Positions 50,377-63,388 of a stretch of 64,000 bases of DNA are shown piece by piece (the first letter of the stretch is position 1; each line of letters starts with the position of its first letter). Source of the DNA: Octopus bimaculoides (taxonomy: Eukaryota); contig NC_068986.1 in assembly GCF_001194135.2 (NCBI RefSeq), positions 6,597,665 through 6,661,664 of the forward strand, written 5' to 3'. The position numbers and the translations under genes were made by a program. The notes beneath the pieces were generated by a model that saw only the letters and a list, made by a program, of their open reading frames with translations, was not told where the DNA came from and did not search any database.

Positions 50377-50829
50377 ACAGGCGCATGTGCGTATATACTT
50401 GAAAGGCATGCATTGATTTCTTTCGATTATTCGTGATCCAATATCATATTGTTTTATTGACGATGTAAAAATGAACGGTAACATCGGCCTATGGGTTATT
50501 TGAAACTGCTGTAGTTACATACGAAACACATGTCAACTAAACTTCGAAATCGAAGTTGGTATACCATTATTTCTCCACAAAATCTGTACTTATTGGAATT
50601 TACATAAATTTCTGACATTAAATTTCAAAGCACAGTGAAAAAGTATATGTATGGAATTGCCTATTCCTATGTGTGTATATGCAGATAGGTAATGAATATG
50701 TGTGTGCGTGTATGTGTATGTAAATGTGTGCATTTTCAGTTTGATGTTGATGCGTTATAAAGTAGTTGGTGCGAGTAAATATCACTTTCCACTTACTTGA
50801 ATTCTCTTGCATATAGGACCCTCCAACTA

Positions 50830-52260
50830 CTGAATCCAAGTGGTCAACCAGAATGTAACCTTGTAAGTAAGTCTCACCTACGAGTACAGAATCCTTCTCT
50901 TGTCAGGACGCCTGACAGGCCTTCTCATGTCCTCACATTTTAATTGAGTACCCCCACGCGGGCTTAGACTGACTTGATAAGCGATCCCAGAGTAACAGTC
51001 AATCCAGAGATACAGATTCAGCCCAGTAGACATGTTCCAGCACCTATCAACCGCTGAACTGCTGCCTTGTGAGTTTTGGAATGTAAAAGCTAGTGAAAAG
51101 CAATCGGTATTGTTTTTAAACGGTTCTTCTGATTCTTTGTGTTCTCAGTTCAAAACCTATTGAGATCAACTTTGTCTTTTGATCCTTTCAAGGTCGATAA
51201 AAAAGTATCAGTCCTGTAAGATAGACTGACCGAACTGTAAAATGGTTGGGCAAGATGCTTTAGGGTATCTCTTTAAGCTTTTTGAGTTCTAAGAGCAACA
51301 CCTTCAATAATACTGATGTCAGGTTGTATCAGCTCAAATCGGAGACCTTTTCCCCTTTTGATAACATTTATGAAGTGAAAAGGGAGAGGCTTACATGCAT
51401 GAGCAACTACCAGTCTTCCTTAAAATATATTGCTCAGGCCTGTGCATATAAGTATAGTTTTATGATCAAATTTGACCAGTAGAAGTCTTTACAAAATCAG
51501 AGCGGAAATGTTATTCTCAAACTCGACATATTAAATTCCTGTAAAGACACTCACGGACCATGTAGTGTTGTTAGCCCAGACAATGGATTAAGTAAACCAC
51601 TTGAGAACGCAAAACGCCAAGGGCGAATACCGCAAGGCATATATTCCGACGACCTATCAATTTCACCAACCCACCAGATCATTATCGCCCATCACTTGTT
51701 ATGCGCTCATAAATTGGTTTAATATTGTTCTTAAATTACCTTTGTTTTCAGAAACTTCATTTTACATAATTCTCAAAAGAAAAGTTTTCGAATGTTTCTA
51801 CTTCATTTCTTCCTAGTTTTAACTCAAACATGATATATTTCCGTATATTTATTTAGAAAGGGGTTAAAAAAACAACATAGACACGAACTATAAAACTCTA
51901 AATTTATTATTGACAATAAAAAAAAAAATCATATTTTAAAGGGAGACTACGTACAATAGTTTAGGAGTTATCTTCCTTTAATTTGACTGCTTTTATAGTA
52001 TCTGTCGTATATGTTAGTGATATTTTCCACCCCCTCTCTCCCATACGCGTCTGGATTACTATACATGGATGTTATTGTTTAGACCAGGGATTGTGCAACG
52101 TTTCGTCAACTGGGGGTCACATCGTACCATTTCCAAGTGGGATAGGACCGCATGATAAAACACATATGCATGAAATATTACTTGCCCACTTTACACTGAA
52201 TTTTTTGCCGTTGTTAAAAGAACAGAAGGATGTTGTCACATGGTTTGCTTGTTGCTTGAG
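50830..52260. promoter_or_regulatory. CpG-retaining unique region; possible promoter or 5' exon of the minus-strand gene
   Basis: Several CpG-rich non-repetitive patches (50880-51050, 51540-51720, 52040-52160). Minus-strand donor-like CGTAG|GTGAGA near 50878. Confidence 0.25.
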
Positions 52261-53221
52261 TTGAGTTGGTCAATAATGGCTTCAAATTTTGGTACAAGGC
52301 CAGTAGTTTTGGAGAGGGGCATAAGTCAATTACATCGAACCCAGTGTTCAACTAGTACTTATTCAATTAACCCCAAAGGGATGAAAGATAAAGTTGACTT
52401 CAGCAGAATTTGAACTCAGAATGTAAGGATGGACGAAATTTTGGTGTGCTAATGATTCTGCCAGTATACTACCACCTTGAGCTGGTCAATAATAATATAC
52501 TTCAGATGTCTCAGATGCTTTTGTTAACGTGAATGGCTCAACAATCAGTGTTGTATGAACATTATCTTAAAATTGTTGTTGTGTACACCTGGAAATGTCA
52601 TTGCTGGCTGTGTACATAAAAACTGAAGCAAACTCATGAAAATTTGACAAAAATATCTATTGCCTGACATAGTATATTTGGTGTTGGTTATTTACAATGT
52701 AAAATATTAATAACTGCCAACTGGGAGGGGAGAAAAACTGCTTTATGACTATAGAAACCTATCTCTGGGACATCATGTAGTGTGTCCAAGTGCCAGGCGT
52801 TATCTACACAAAAGTCCACGGTGGTCTGTGGTATCAGCGATCAGATGGCCATCTAGATTGGCTCACAAGAGGTGAGGCATGTGAATCAACCAGCCAACCT
52901 CAACACTGTGGGGAGCTAAAGCACAAAACTGCTCATATAGAGGATAAGAGATTAAACTTCAGAACACCTGAAAAAGCTGTATCATGCCAGAGTTTCATGC
53001 TGATTGGTCGATTTATAGATCAATTATGTGAAACTGTGGTGGCTCACTCATGGTGCGTAACCAAGTATCTAGTGGTTAGGGTTCGAATCCACACTACAAT
53101 GTTTTCATATTACTTGCAAATTTCCGTTGTCAAAGCTTTCATGTAAATAACTGTGGATTTGTCTACACTATATATGTTTCATATATGTACATATACATGC
53201 ATAGATACAGACACACATATA

Positions 53222-53281
<60 letters not shown>

Positions 53282-53340
53282 NNNNNNNNNNATATATACA
53301 CACACACTCACAAATACAAATACACATATACATATGTGTG

Positions 53341-53379
<39 letters not shown>

Positions 53380-53852
53380 GTATGTGCGTGTGTGTGTGTT
53401 GCGTCAAAGATTTCTACAATTGTGATTTATAGTTTTAGAACAAATATTTTTGCTAAGAGTAATAATAGATATGAAACCAATGTTAATTTTTTGACCGGTC
53501 GTCACTAACAACTATTTCATATAATATATAAGTGTGTGTGTGTGTGTGTTCATGTGTGTGTGTGTTCATGTGTGTGTGTGTGAGAGTGTGTGTATATATT
53601 AAAAAGAAGGAGGCACTCAGAATTTTGAATAATTCTTTATTAGCACTTTTATTCATTTAACCGAACTTTTCAAGATAATAACACCAAGATATTAAAACAA
53701 AGTTTCTTCCTCTTTCATATAAATTGAAAAGCAAATATTGTTTTGTCTTGTTTGGAAGAGGAGAAATTTTGTTTTTTGGAGAAATCAAAGAGAGAGGTTT
53801 CTTTTCAATTATATTGTATCAATGTGGTCAGCCCATTGGAATTTAATTATAT

Positions 53853-53902
53853 CTCGCAAGGAATGATAAGCTCGCAAGGAATGATAAACTCGCAAGGAAT
53901 GA
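53853..53902. repeat. 18-bp tandem triplication at the RTE 5' junction
   Basis: CTCGCAAGGAATGATAA(G/A) at 53853 and 53871; the third copy (53889) runs into the LINE ORF. Confidence 0.9.
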
Positions 53903-54708
53903 AGCCAGTATGCTCCGTTGGATGTGTAATGTCAATGTGAATACCCGTCAGAGTGTAAGTATCTTGAGAGAAAAGCTGAACATTAGAAGCATCAGTTGTG
54001 GTGTGCAAGAGAGACGATTGCGCTGGTATGGACATGTGGTGAGAATGGATGAGGATAGCTGCATGAAAAAGTGCCACACCCTAACAGTTGAGGGAACCCG
54101 TGGAAGAGGTAGGCCCAGGAAGACCTGGGCTGAGGTGGTGAGGCAAGACCTTCGTACATTGGGCCTCACCGAGGCGATGACTACTGACCGAGACCTTTGG
54201 AAATGTGCTGTGCGTGAGAANNNNNNNNNNNNNNNNNNNNNNNNNNNNNNNNNNNNNNNNNNNNNNNNNNNNNNNNNNNNNNNNNNNNNNNNNNNNNNNN
54301 NNNNNNNNNNNNNNNNNNNNNNNNNNNNNNNNNNNNNNNNNNNNNNNNNNNNNNNNNNNNNNNNNNNNNNNNNNNNNNNNNNNNNNNNNNNNNNNNNNNN
54401 NNNNNNNNNNNNNNNNNNNNNNNNNNNNNNNNNNNNNNNNNNNNNNNNNNNNNNNNNNNNNNNNNNNNNNNNNNNNNNNNNNNNNNNNNNNNNNNNNNNN
54501 NNNNNNNNNNNNNNNNNNNNNNNNNNNNNNNNNNNNNNNNNNNNNNNNNNNNNNNNNNNNNNNNNNNNNNNNNNNNNNNNNNNNNNNNNNNNNNNNNNNN
54601 NNNNNNNNNNNCCTGGTGTTGCCATCCGGTTTCACCAGTCCTCAGTCAAATCGTCCAACCCATGCTAGCATGAAAAGCGGACGTTAAACGATGATGATGA
54701 TGATGATG
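53889..54708 (+). mobile_element. Young 5'-truncated RTE-clade LINE (ORF2 C-terminus + 3'UTR), with a gap inside
   Basis: Open frame LARNEASMLRWMCNV...RRLRWYGHVVRMDE...GTRGRGRPRKTWAEVV..D...TDRDLWK (RTE hallmark RLRW.GHV.R / RGRPRKTW). 3' end has a CCATGCTAGCATG palindrome and a (GAT)n tail. Confidence 0.9.
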
Positions 54709-55589
54709 AATTCAAGATATTATTCTTGATTAAGTCACTGTTTTTGAAAACATCTCTTTCTCCCTCCCTTTTCTTCTCATTGTATACATATTAACATCAT
54801 CATCTTTTAACGTCCGCTTTCCATGCTGGCATGGGTTGGACAGTTTGACGGAGGATTAGCAAGCCAGGAAGCTGCACCAAGCCCCAATATGATCTGGCAA
54901 GGTTTCTACAGCTGGATGCCCTTCCTAACGCCAACCACTCTGAGAGTGTAGTGGATGCTTTTTATGTGTCACCAGCACGGGCAAATATACACATTATGAT
55001 TGGAAAAGTGAAATATATGTGGTCAACCCATTGAAATTTAATTGCATTTCAAGATGACATCTCAATTAATACACAGGTTAAGAAACAGACTTGTCATTCC
55101 CCTCCTCCCCATCCCACTAGTCTCAAAGTTACTATAAGTGCCTTGCAGCCATCAATGATCTCTCATAGAGACTTCAGATACAAAACATTACCAAAATCTG
55201 CACTGAAAATACATTCATCCAGTTCAAGGACCAGGAAATACATTCATCCTGTTCAATTGCATGAAGGTGCATGGGTCAGCGGTTAGAGCTTCGGGCTCAC
55301 AATCATGAAGTGACATACCATGAAGAAGACAATCTGATTGTCTAAGGGTAAGAAAGAAGACAGCAGTGGACACATGGTTCTGTGGTACCGATGACGCCTA
55401 TTTTGACAGAAACGTGTATCACTGCTGTTTTCTGATATCCGGATAACCAGACTGTCTTTTCCTTGATGGTTTGTCAATTTCAGAAACTTAATTTTTAAGA
55501 TTATTATATATCTTCCCTTCTTTGGAGTTGGTCAAAGTTGCTACAAAGCATTATTTACTTTTCTTGTGAAGAGAAAGTAATTTCAAATT

Positions 55590-56372
55590 AAGAGTTTGTT
55601 ATAGTATTTGTGCATCTTCTGCATACAAAAGCTAGTTTCCCTGTTAACCTTCCCTTGATATTGCTGCACTGTTTATGTGTCCAAAGCTTACACTGGCTGC
55701 ATCTTATGGAGTTTCTACCTACACCTTTTCTACAGATTGAGCATGGTCATCTACCTGAAGGGATTTGTGATTTGTTTGCCTTCCTACTTACTAAGTCTTT
55801 GGTTTTTGTTAGGTTTACTTTAAGGCCCTTTGATTCTAGACCTTGCTGCCATACCTGGAACTTCTTCTCTGGTTCAGGTAGTTATTCAGTTATAAGAGCA
55901 AGGTCATCAGCATAGAGGAGCCTGTCTTGAATTCCTCTGTTATTGCCTGGAGGACTATGATGAACAAGAATGGTATGAGCACTGATCCTTGGTGAACCCC
56001 TAATTGTATCCTGAATTGTTCGCTGTACTCATTGCCAGTCCTCACCTTACTGGTAGCATCCCCGCACATAGCTTGTACAGCTCTCATCAACCACTCACCT
56101 AGCCCTAGTTTCTGCATTGACCACAAGATAAGGGCTCAGGGGGGACCCTGTCAGAGGCTTTCTTCAAATCAACAAAGGCCAAGTACAGAGGTTTATCTTT
56201 GGCTATGTATTTCTCCTGCAGCTACCTCACCAGAAATATAGCATCAGTGGTGCTTCTCTCTGGTACAAAAGCAAACTGCATCTCATCTAAGCTAACTCTC
56301 TCCCTAATTAGTTGGGCTGTGACACTCAGTAACTTTCATCACCTGATCCAGCAATTTGCTACCTCTGTAATT
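55590..56372 (-). mobile_element. RTE-clade LINE reverse-transcriptase relic with a C4HC3 zinc finger
   Basis: Minus translation NYRG.KLL...MQFAFVPERSTTDAIF...LAFVDLKKASDRVP...GVHQGSVL.P.LF...LLYADDLAL...GLKVNLTKTK followed by CSIC...CSQC...HKQC...CRRC. Several stops and frameshifts; cut by a SINE at about 56373. Confidence 0.9.
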
Positions 56373-56436
56373 ATGTGTGTGTATATGTATATATATATGT
56401 ATGTATATACATGTATATATGTTTGTATATATATGA

Positions 56437-56838
56437 GTAGCTGTGTGGTAAGTAGCTTGCTTACTAACCACATGGTTCCGGGTTCATTTCCACTGCGTGG
56501 CACCTTGGGCAAGTGTCTTCTACTATAGCCTCGGGCCGACCAATGCCTTGTGAGTGGATTTGGGAGACGGAAACTGAAAGAAGCCCGTCGTATATATGTA
56601 TATATATGTGTGTGTATGTGTATATGTTTGTGTGTCTGTGTTTGTCCCCCCAGCATCGCCTGACAACCGATGGTGGTGTGTTTACGTCCCCGTAACTTAG
56701 AGATTCGGCCAAAATGACCAATATAATAAGTACTAGGCTTACAGAGAATAAGTCCTGGGGTAGATTTGTTCGACTAAAGGCGGTGCTCCAGCATGGCCAC
56801 AGTCAAATGATTGAAACAAGTAAAAGAGAGTAAAAGAG
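56437..56838 (+). mobile_element. SINE family A, young full copy truncating the RTE RT relic
   Basis: Nearly colinear with 30385-30803. Confidence 0.85.
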
Positions 56839-57239
56839 ACACACACACACACATGTATTTTCTCTCTAAGAAATTCTTAAAATAAAGGTAGATAAATCTT
56901 TGAAATAATTTCTTGGGAAACATTTACTTCCCTTACTTTCCCTCCCCCACTCCTCTTTTGTTTCTCTATCTTATTTTTCCTATATCTCTATCTTGCTTTC
57001 TGTTCCTCTCCCCTTTAGTCTTTCTTTACCTCCCCTTCCCTACCTCTATTTGTCTTTGTTTACATTCCTCCTTCCTCGATATCTGCCTTTCTTTATCTTT
57101 CGCCCCTCTCTCTCTCTATTTGTCTTTCTTTTACATTCCTCCCCTTCTATTTTGCTTTTATTACATTCGCCCTCCTCTATGTGCATCTGTTTTTCTCCTC
57201 TCCCCTCTACCTCCGTCATATATATACTACAATAGGAGT

Positions 57240-57665
57240 GGTGTATATATATCCACGTGGTCTGTTCGACCAATTAGAAATCAGCACCGGGCCACATCTT
57301 TTTCTCTCCTTCCATAGATAACGATATGGTGCTGCGGAAAGTGTGTTGTTCCATGCAGTGGATAAGAGGCTGGGGGTAGTTACAAAGTCGGTACAAACAA
57401 ACTACCAAAGAAGAAGTCGGAGGGGGGACTACACTCTACCCCTCTTTCATCACACAGAAACAGAACGAGGTTAACGCAACCAATACTAATAACAATAATA
57501 TTAATACTACTGTTAGTAAAATTAAAAGAAATAATTCTATTACGTCACCTGAATTGGCAATTTGTTGTTCCCTAACAGAACACTTCTGGCTACATTCCGA
57601 TGGCCGAAATGTTGGCAGGAAGAACATTATAGGATTTCTCACTTTTAACTTCGTCACTTCTGTAG
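57240..57665 (+). promoter_or_regulatory. Probable SGF29 promoter and non-coding first exon
   Basis: Visibly CpG-retaining patch in otherwise CpG-poor DNA. Palindromic E-box CCACGTGG (57253-57260), CCAAT (57270-57274), CRE/ATF-like TTACGTCA (57540-57547). Ends at a donor-like CTGTAG|GTATTT (57665/57666), upstream of the 62110 acceptor. Confidence 0.45.
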
Positions 57666-60600
57666 GTATTTTGTTTTTGCACCGTTTCTATTTATTTGTT
57701 GTTTGTTGACTATTTAGTTCCTTTACATAAAAAGGTTTTTGGAAGCATCATTACCATACCGAGAGAACACTTTAAACCTGCATCTGTCCTCTCCCTCGCA
57801 TCCATGTATGTAATTATATGTATCTCGGTTGTCTGAAATCGAGAAAAACATTCTCGTTATTTGCTCTCTCTTTTTATATATTTAATATTTAAATAATATA
57901 CAAACACGTAGAACTTTTCTGTTTGTTTTATAAACATGGAATCAGTACATCTTTGAGAATGATGGAATAAACCAGGAGGAATTATACGAGTGTGATTGTG
58001 TGTGTGAGAATAAAATGTGAACTATGATCCCATAACAACAACATGTAGTAAATATAACATTACTTTCAGCCTTTAAAAATCCTTGATACAAACAAAACTA
58101 AGATTAGGAGTAGCTGTTTTAACTATGTTTTTATAATTAATTAAGCCTACTTGGGACGTTTCTTACCTTTGATAATAAACTCTAGAATGAGAACTTATCC
58201 GCCTGCTAATCGTTTTATCTTTTGTTATTTCTCATCTTTTATTGTTCTTTTAGCCCAACTGATAGTTTTCTGTTCTTGATTTTTTTTTTACACTATCAAT
58301 GCTCCACAATCAATTTTTGTTGGGATCATGCTTTTATAAGAATGCCTCACTTTTTTAAAATTAGGATTTTAATATATTTAATTTTTTTTTTATTTTTTTG
58401 TGATTTGAAATTATCACCTGCCTACTTTAGACACCATTGTTTGTGTGTACTATACATACATATATATATTCACATATTGATTATATATACATATCGATTT
58501 GTACACATATTTAACACACGCATATCGTTTCGTGTGTAATTTTTATTGCTAATTAATTTATTTTACCTTCAAATATTTCCGTGATGTAATTTCCTATTTT
58601 TATCAACGAGTTAAATATATCATCATGTATTAATTAGCAAATACATTACATCATTTAATTAATTATTGATCTGCTCACATATTTTCGATATATTTGTCTA
58701 TTAATCGTAAAACTGATGTTTATGTAGGTGGTTTAAATTGCAGGACATTCTAGGGCATTGCTGAGTCAGAGACGTTTATTTAGGGACCAACTAACATCTA
58801 GTTACCTTTATTATTTTTAGAGAGTGTTAGATTTGCTATTTGGATATATTTCATCAATATTGCCCCTCAATTGTCTGCACTTACCCTTGTGCTTGGTAAT
58901 TCACACCTGCTGACAATGTTTACCAATGTAGCAGTATACACACACACACACATGTGACAATGTTTATTTTCTGTTAATGAAATTGACTAATACACAGAGG
59001 ACTTTTAAGTATTGGTCTCTGTTGAAATCCCACTAGATTTCATTTCGTATATTTATGATATAACTTGAAGAAGGTACACCTTTGTAAATGCTATTTCAAT
59101 CTCATTGTAGGTGTATTGAATTGAGATGTAATGACATCCTTGTAGATGTCTTTTTATTAGGATTTTAGATCGTTAGTACTCTAGAGATCGCGCGACTTGC
59201 TAAAAATAACTGCCAAATTGCCTTGGAAAAACACTCTACTATCTCGAAATACTGGACGCATTGGATAATGTATTCTTAGATACTTCTAAAATGTCAGGCT
59301 GGTCTTAGCTGAAACACTTTTGATCATGGACCTGTTCAATCGAAAGCGACCAGATTCCATAGTTTGTATGTGTATGGACCAAAATCGTGTTTTATTTTAG
59401 TTGAGAGACTAATTCCATCTTGCATATGGTTAATCTTACTTCAAAGTATTTGTTCCCCACACTGATTGAAATTAGTTCTGCTGAAAAGTATCTGAAATGT
59501 AAACAGATGTTTTAGACTATCATACTGACACTAAAAGCTAATTCTTGTATAATAAACCCATGAAGGATTTCGGCCAGCATCCACCTCAGAAAAATGTTAT
59601 AGCTGCCATCATAGAAATAAGAAAAGAAAAATTTATGATAGTAGTGGTATGGCTGCATCTAACTGATTTTATTAAAGAAAGCATTTTGTTAATTAAGTAT
59701 ATTAGTTGAAAGAATTTGAGATTGTCAGTATTGCGAAGCTTGTAGAGAGGTTGATAAAATCAACCTCATGAGTCTTGATCTGCAATAGAAAGACGGAGGT
59801 TTTGATAGTTGGGGGGTGAACAGATGTTCAGCTCTTATGTACATCAAACTAATTATGATGCTGGAACAACATCGTTTTGCTAAGGTCAGACTGAGCACCA
59901 TTCAATAGTAGATGCTGTTAACATTTCTCAGTCCACAAAGCCTACTTGTTTTGTATACTTACCAATGGCTGAGAGTTCTACTCAGCTGTAGAGTTACATC
60001 CTAAATGATGATGATTTCAAATTTTGGCACAAGGCCAACCATTTTAGGGGAGGGGATAAGTTCATTACATTGACCCTAGTGTCCAACTGGTATTTATTTT
60101 ATCAATTCTGAAAGGTAAAGTCAACCTCAGTGGAATTTGTACACACAACATAGATGAATGAAATGTCACTAAGCATTTTGCCTGGCATGCTAATGATTCT
60201 GCCAGCTCACCACCTTGTCCTAAAAGATAATAATTAACAATAAATACATATTTCAGTTGTGCAAATACCTATAACTTGTATATGAGGGTGGGCATGGTGA
60301 AGAAGTTTGTTTTGCAAAGTATGTGTATTCTGGTTCAAACCCACTGCTGGTACAAGTGTCTTCTACTACCATAGACTTGAGGTGACTAAACCCCCGTAAG
60401 TGAAACTTGGTTGGAGGAAACTGCGTGGGCTTCTGGTGGAGTTCCAGTTCCTTTTCTTGGATGTTAGATTTAAGCCATTTCCATGTTTAACACTACTACC
60501 ATGTTCTTGGTTACTTCATTGCAGTCCACTATTATGTGGCCTAAGGAAAACTTAGCCCAGCAGTCTTAAAGCCCCGCCCCCTCCTACCAAAATAAGTCAT

Positions 60601-62109
60601 GTATGCTTATGCTTTTCTACTTCATCCATAAAAAATATTGAAAGCAACTGTAATTAGCCAACATGCTAGAACTAGCAATCAAATTACTCCCATTTTATTG
60701 TGTTAAAATATTTGACAATATATCTCGACTGCCATTGGATAATGTTGTTGAGATACATTATGTCAAAATGTTCATGGCTCTTGGACTGCTCATGTTTTGT
60801 TGACCTGGCCATAGAATTCATCACCATCATCAAGGATACTGAGAGTGGACAAAATTGAAAAGAAGATGATATCGATAAAAGAAAAAGGCTTAGAATGTCA
60901 ATTGTTTCAACTTTAGTCAGATAGATCTATGATCAGAAATGTTCCAGCTGTGACCATCCTGCCTTAGTGTGTATTGGAAGACTATATTGTTTAATATTGA
61001 TAGTTATTGTTTACTGAGCTTTAGGTTAGGACTGACATGTCCTGTGATACACAAACAGTCACCTGTATGACTTTGTGTGGTCCACAATCTGTTTTCCCAG
61101 TTATAAAATGTTTCCATTTGAAGACCATACCATGCACTGTGACATTGATGTCCATAATTGAGTAGGCATATAATCAAATAAATTCCAGCCATAATCTTCT
61201 TGTTTTCTTTATCAGACATTATGTATATGAACTGCATTATCCAATGTGTGCTCTTGTTAAAGATATAAATGGCACTCCATTGGTTATTATGATGAGGGTT
61301 TCAGTTGATCCGATCAATGGAACAGCCTACTTGTGAAATTAATGTGCAAGTGGCTGAGCACTCCACAGACACGTGTATCCTTAACGTAGTTCTCAGGGAG
61401 ATTCAGCATGACACAGAGTGTGACAAGGCTGGCCCCTTTGAATTACAGGTACTGCTTATTTTTTCCAGCTGACTGTATACCATATCTGATGAATATGGTG
61501 TTAAATGATTGGGTACCATCAGACACAATAGACAAGTATTATTTGTTATTAAATTAAAGAGTTCCTAATGTGGCAATCTGGCAGAATTGTATGCATGCCA
61601 GGTGAAATGCCTATCAACACTTCATCTGTCTTTGTGTTTTGAGTTCAAATTCCACTGGGGTCGGCTTTGCCTTTCATCCTTTTGGATTTGATAAAATAAG
61701 TACCAGTTGAGCACTGTTGGGTGATGGAGAACACAATAATGTTTAGGAGAACACAATAATGTTTTATAGATTAAACTTCAGAAAGAAATTAAATCCATGA
61801 CCTTATAAAAACGGTATTAAACTATTCTTTAACTTTTTGTGTATCCTTATTAATGTTTGAGTGTGTCGGCTTGGGTGCAAAGAATACCATACTATTTAAA
61901 AATGGTATTAAAATCAGAATCACTTATTTATAACTTCTTTCTTACTGCATACTTTTGGCAAATCCTGTATTTATTCTTGTACTTAGAGTTAAACATCATT
62001 TACACATCTGAAGTTTGTTGTATAAAATGGTTTTTGTATAATTATTAGTTTGGATTTCACAATTCTTTTAATTGAATGTTTTCTCTCTCTCTCTCTCTCT
62101 TTTTTGCAG

Positions 62110-62198
62110 AGCTTTATCTGTGTTATTTCTGTTTATTGCAATGGCAGTTTAAATTCAATTTGTGACTGGTGGTGACAAATTGGAAGTCATATGTGAAA
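62110..62198 (+). other. SGF29: 5'UTR part of the SGF29 exon, containing two short upstream ORFs
   Basis: (CT)n/poly-T tract followed by tttttgcAG|A acceptor at 62109/62110. uORF ATG-GCA-GTT-TAA at 62141-62152 and start-stop ATG-TGA at 62191-62196. Confidence 0.65.
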
Positions 62199-62348
62199 AT
62201 GGGTCGTACCAAGGCATCTGGCAACAGCAGCCATGCTAGTCACAACAGCAGTCCAAGCAACTCTGATCTTGGATTGACTAACAGTACTGCTGAAATTAAG
62301 ATGAAAGAAATACTGAAAGATTTGTATCATCTGATTATTCAAGTTCAG
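62199..62348 (+). CDS. SGF29: SAGA complex-associated factor 29 (SGF29/CCDC101), first coding exon, with a Ser/Asn-rich N-terminal extension
   Basis: ATG in strong Kozak context (aaaATGg), preceded by an in-frame TGA at 62163. Encodes MGRTKASGNSSHASHNSSPSNSDLGLTNSTAEIKMKEILKDLYHLIIQVQ. 'AEIKMKEILKDLYHLIIQVQ' matches the SGF29 N-terminal coiled coil 'DSRIAELLTELHQLIKQTQ' (recalled). Ends at CAG|GTATGT, phase 0. Confidence 0.8.
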
Positions 62349-63062
62349 GTATGTAGAGCTATATGATAAAAGTGTATACTTTAAATCAATAATAAAAAAA
62401 AAGAGTTAAGATATTTCTTCTCTGCAAAATATACTATTTTTTTTTTACTGTATTTGATGGCATATAAGGAACTTATTTTTTCCCCAAAATAAGTTTCATA
62501 AAGCCTCCTTGGATCATGTTTGTGAAGTTGGGATTTCTTGCATACATGCTTTAATTTACAAAAAAAATTTTGTCTGAATCTGTTCTGCTGAAACAGGGGT
62601 GCATCTTTTTATGCCATCAAATATGATATTTATAAGTGACTTATATATTATGTTGAATATTGGTTTCAAAATTCATAATTATGACACATATATATACATA
62701 TATATATATACACAGATATACACACACACANNNNNNNNNNNNNNNNNNNNNNNNNNNNNNNNNNNNNNNNNNNNNNNNNNNNNNNNNNNNNNNNNNNNNN
62801 NNNNNNNNNNNNNNNNNNNNNNNNNNNNNNNNNNNNNNNNNNNNNNNNNNNNNNNNNNNNNNNNNNNNNNNNNNNNNNNNNNNATCCAGCTGTAGAAACT
62901 CTGCCAAATCAGACTGGAGCCTGGTGTTGCCATCCGGTTTCACCAGTCCTCAGTCAAATCGTCCAACCCATGCTAGCATGGAAGGCGGACGTTAAACGAT
63001 GATGATGATGATGATGATGATATATACACACACACACACACACACAAACATACACAAATGTG

Positions 63063-63100
<38 letters not shown>

Positions 63101-63114
63101 TATACACACACACA

Positions 63115-63388
63115 AGCATATGGTGTAAAGTGCCCATGTGGCACCATATAAAAACACCTGTGTGGCACCACGTAAAACCACCCGTGTGGCACCACGTAAA
63201 ACCACCCGTGTGGTACCACGTAAAACCACCCGGCACACTCTGTAAAGTGGTTGGTGTTAAGAAGGGCATCCAGCCATAGAAACCCTGCCAAATCAGACTG
63301 GAGTCTGGTGCAGCCTCCCAGCTTGCCAGCCCTGGTCAAACCGTCCAACCCATACCAGCATGGACAATGGATGTTAAATGATAATAAT

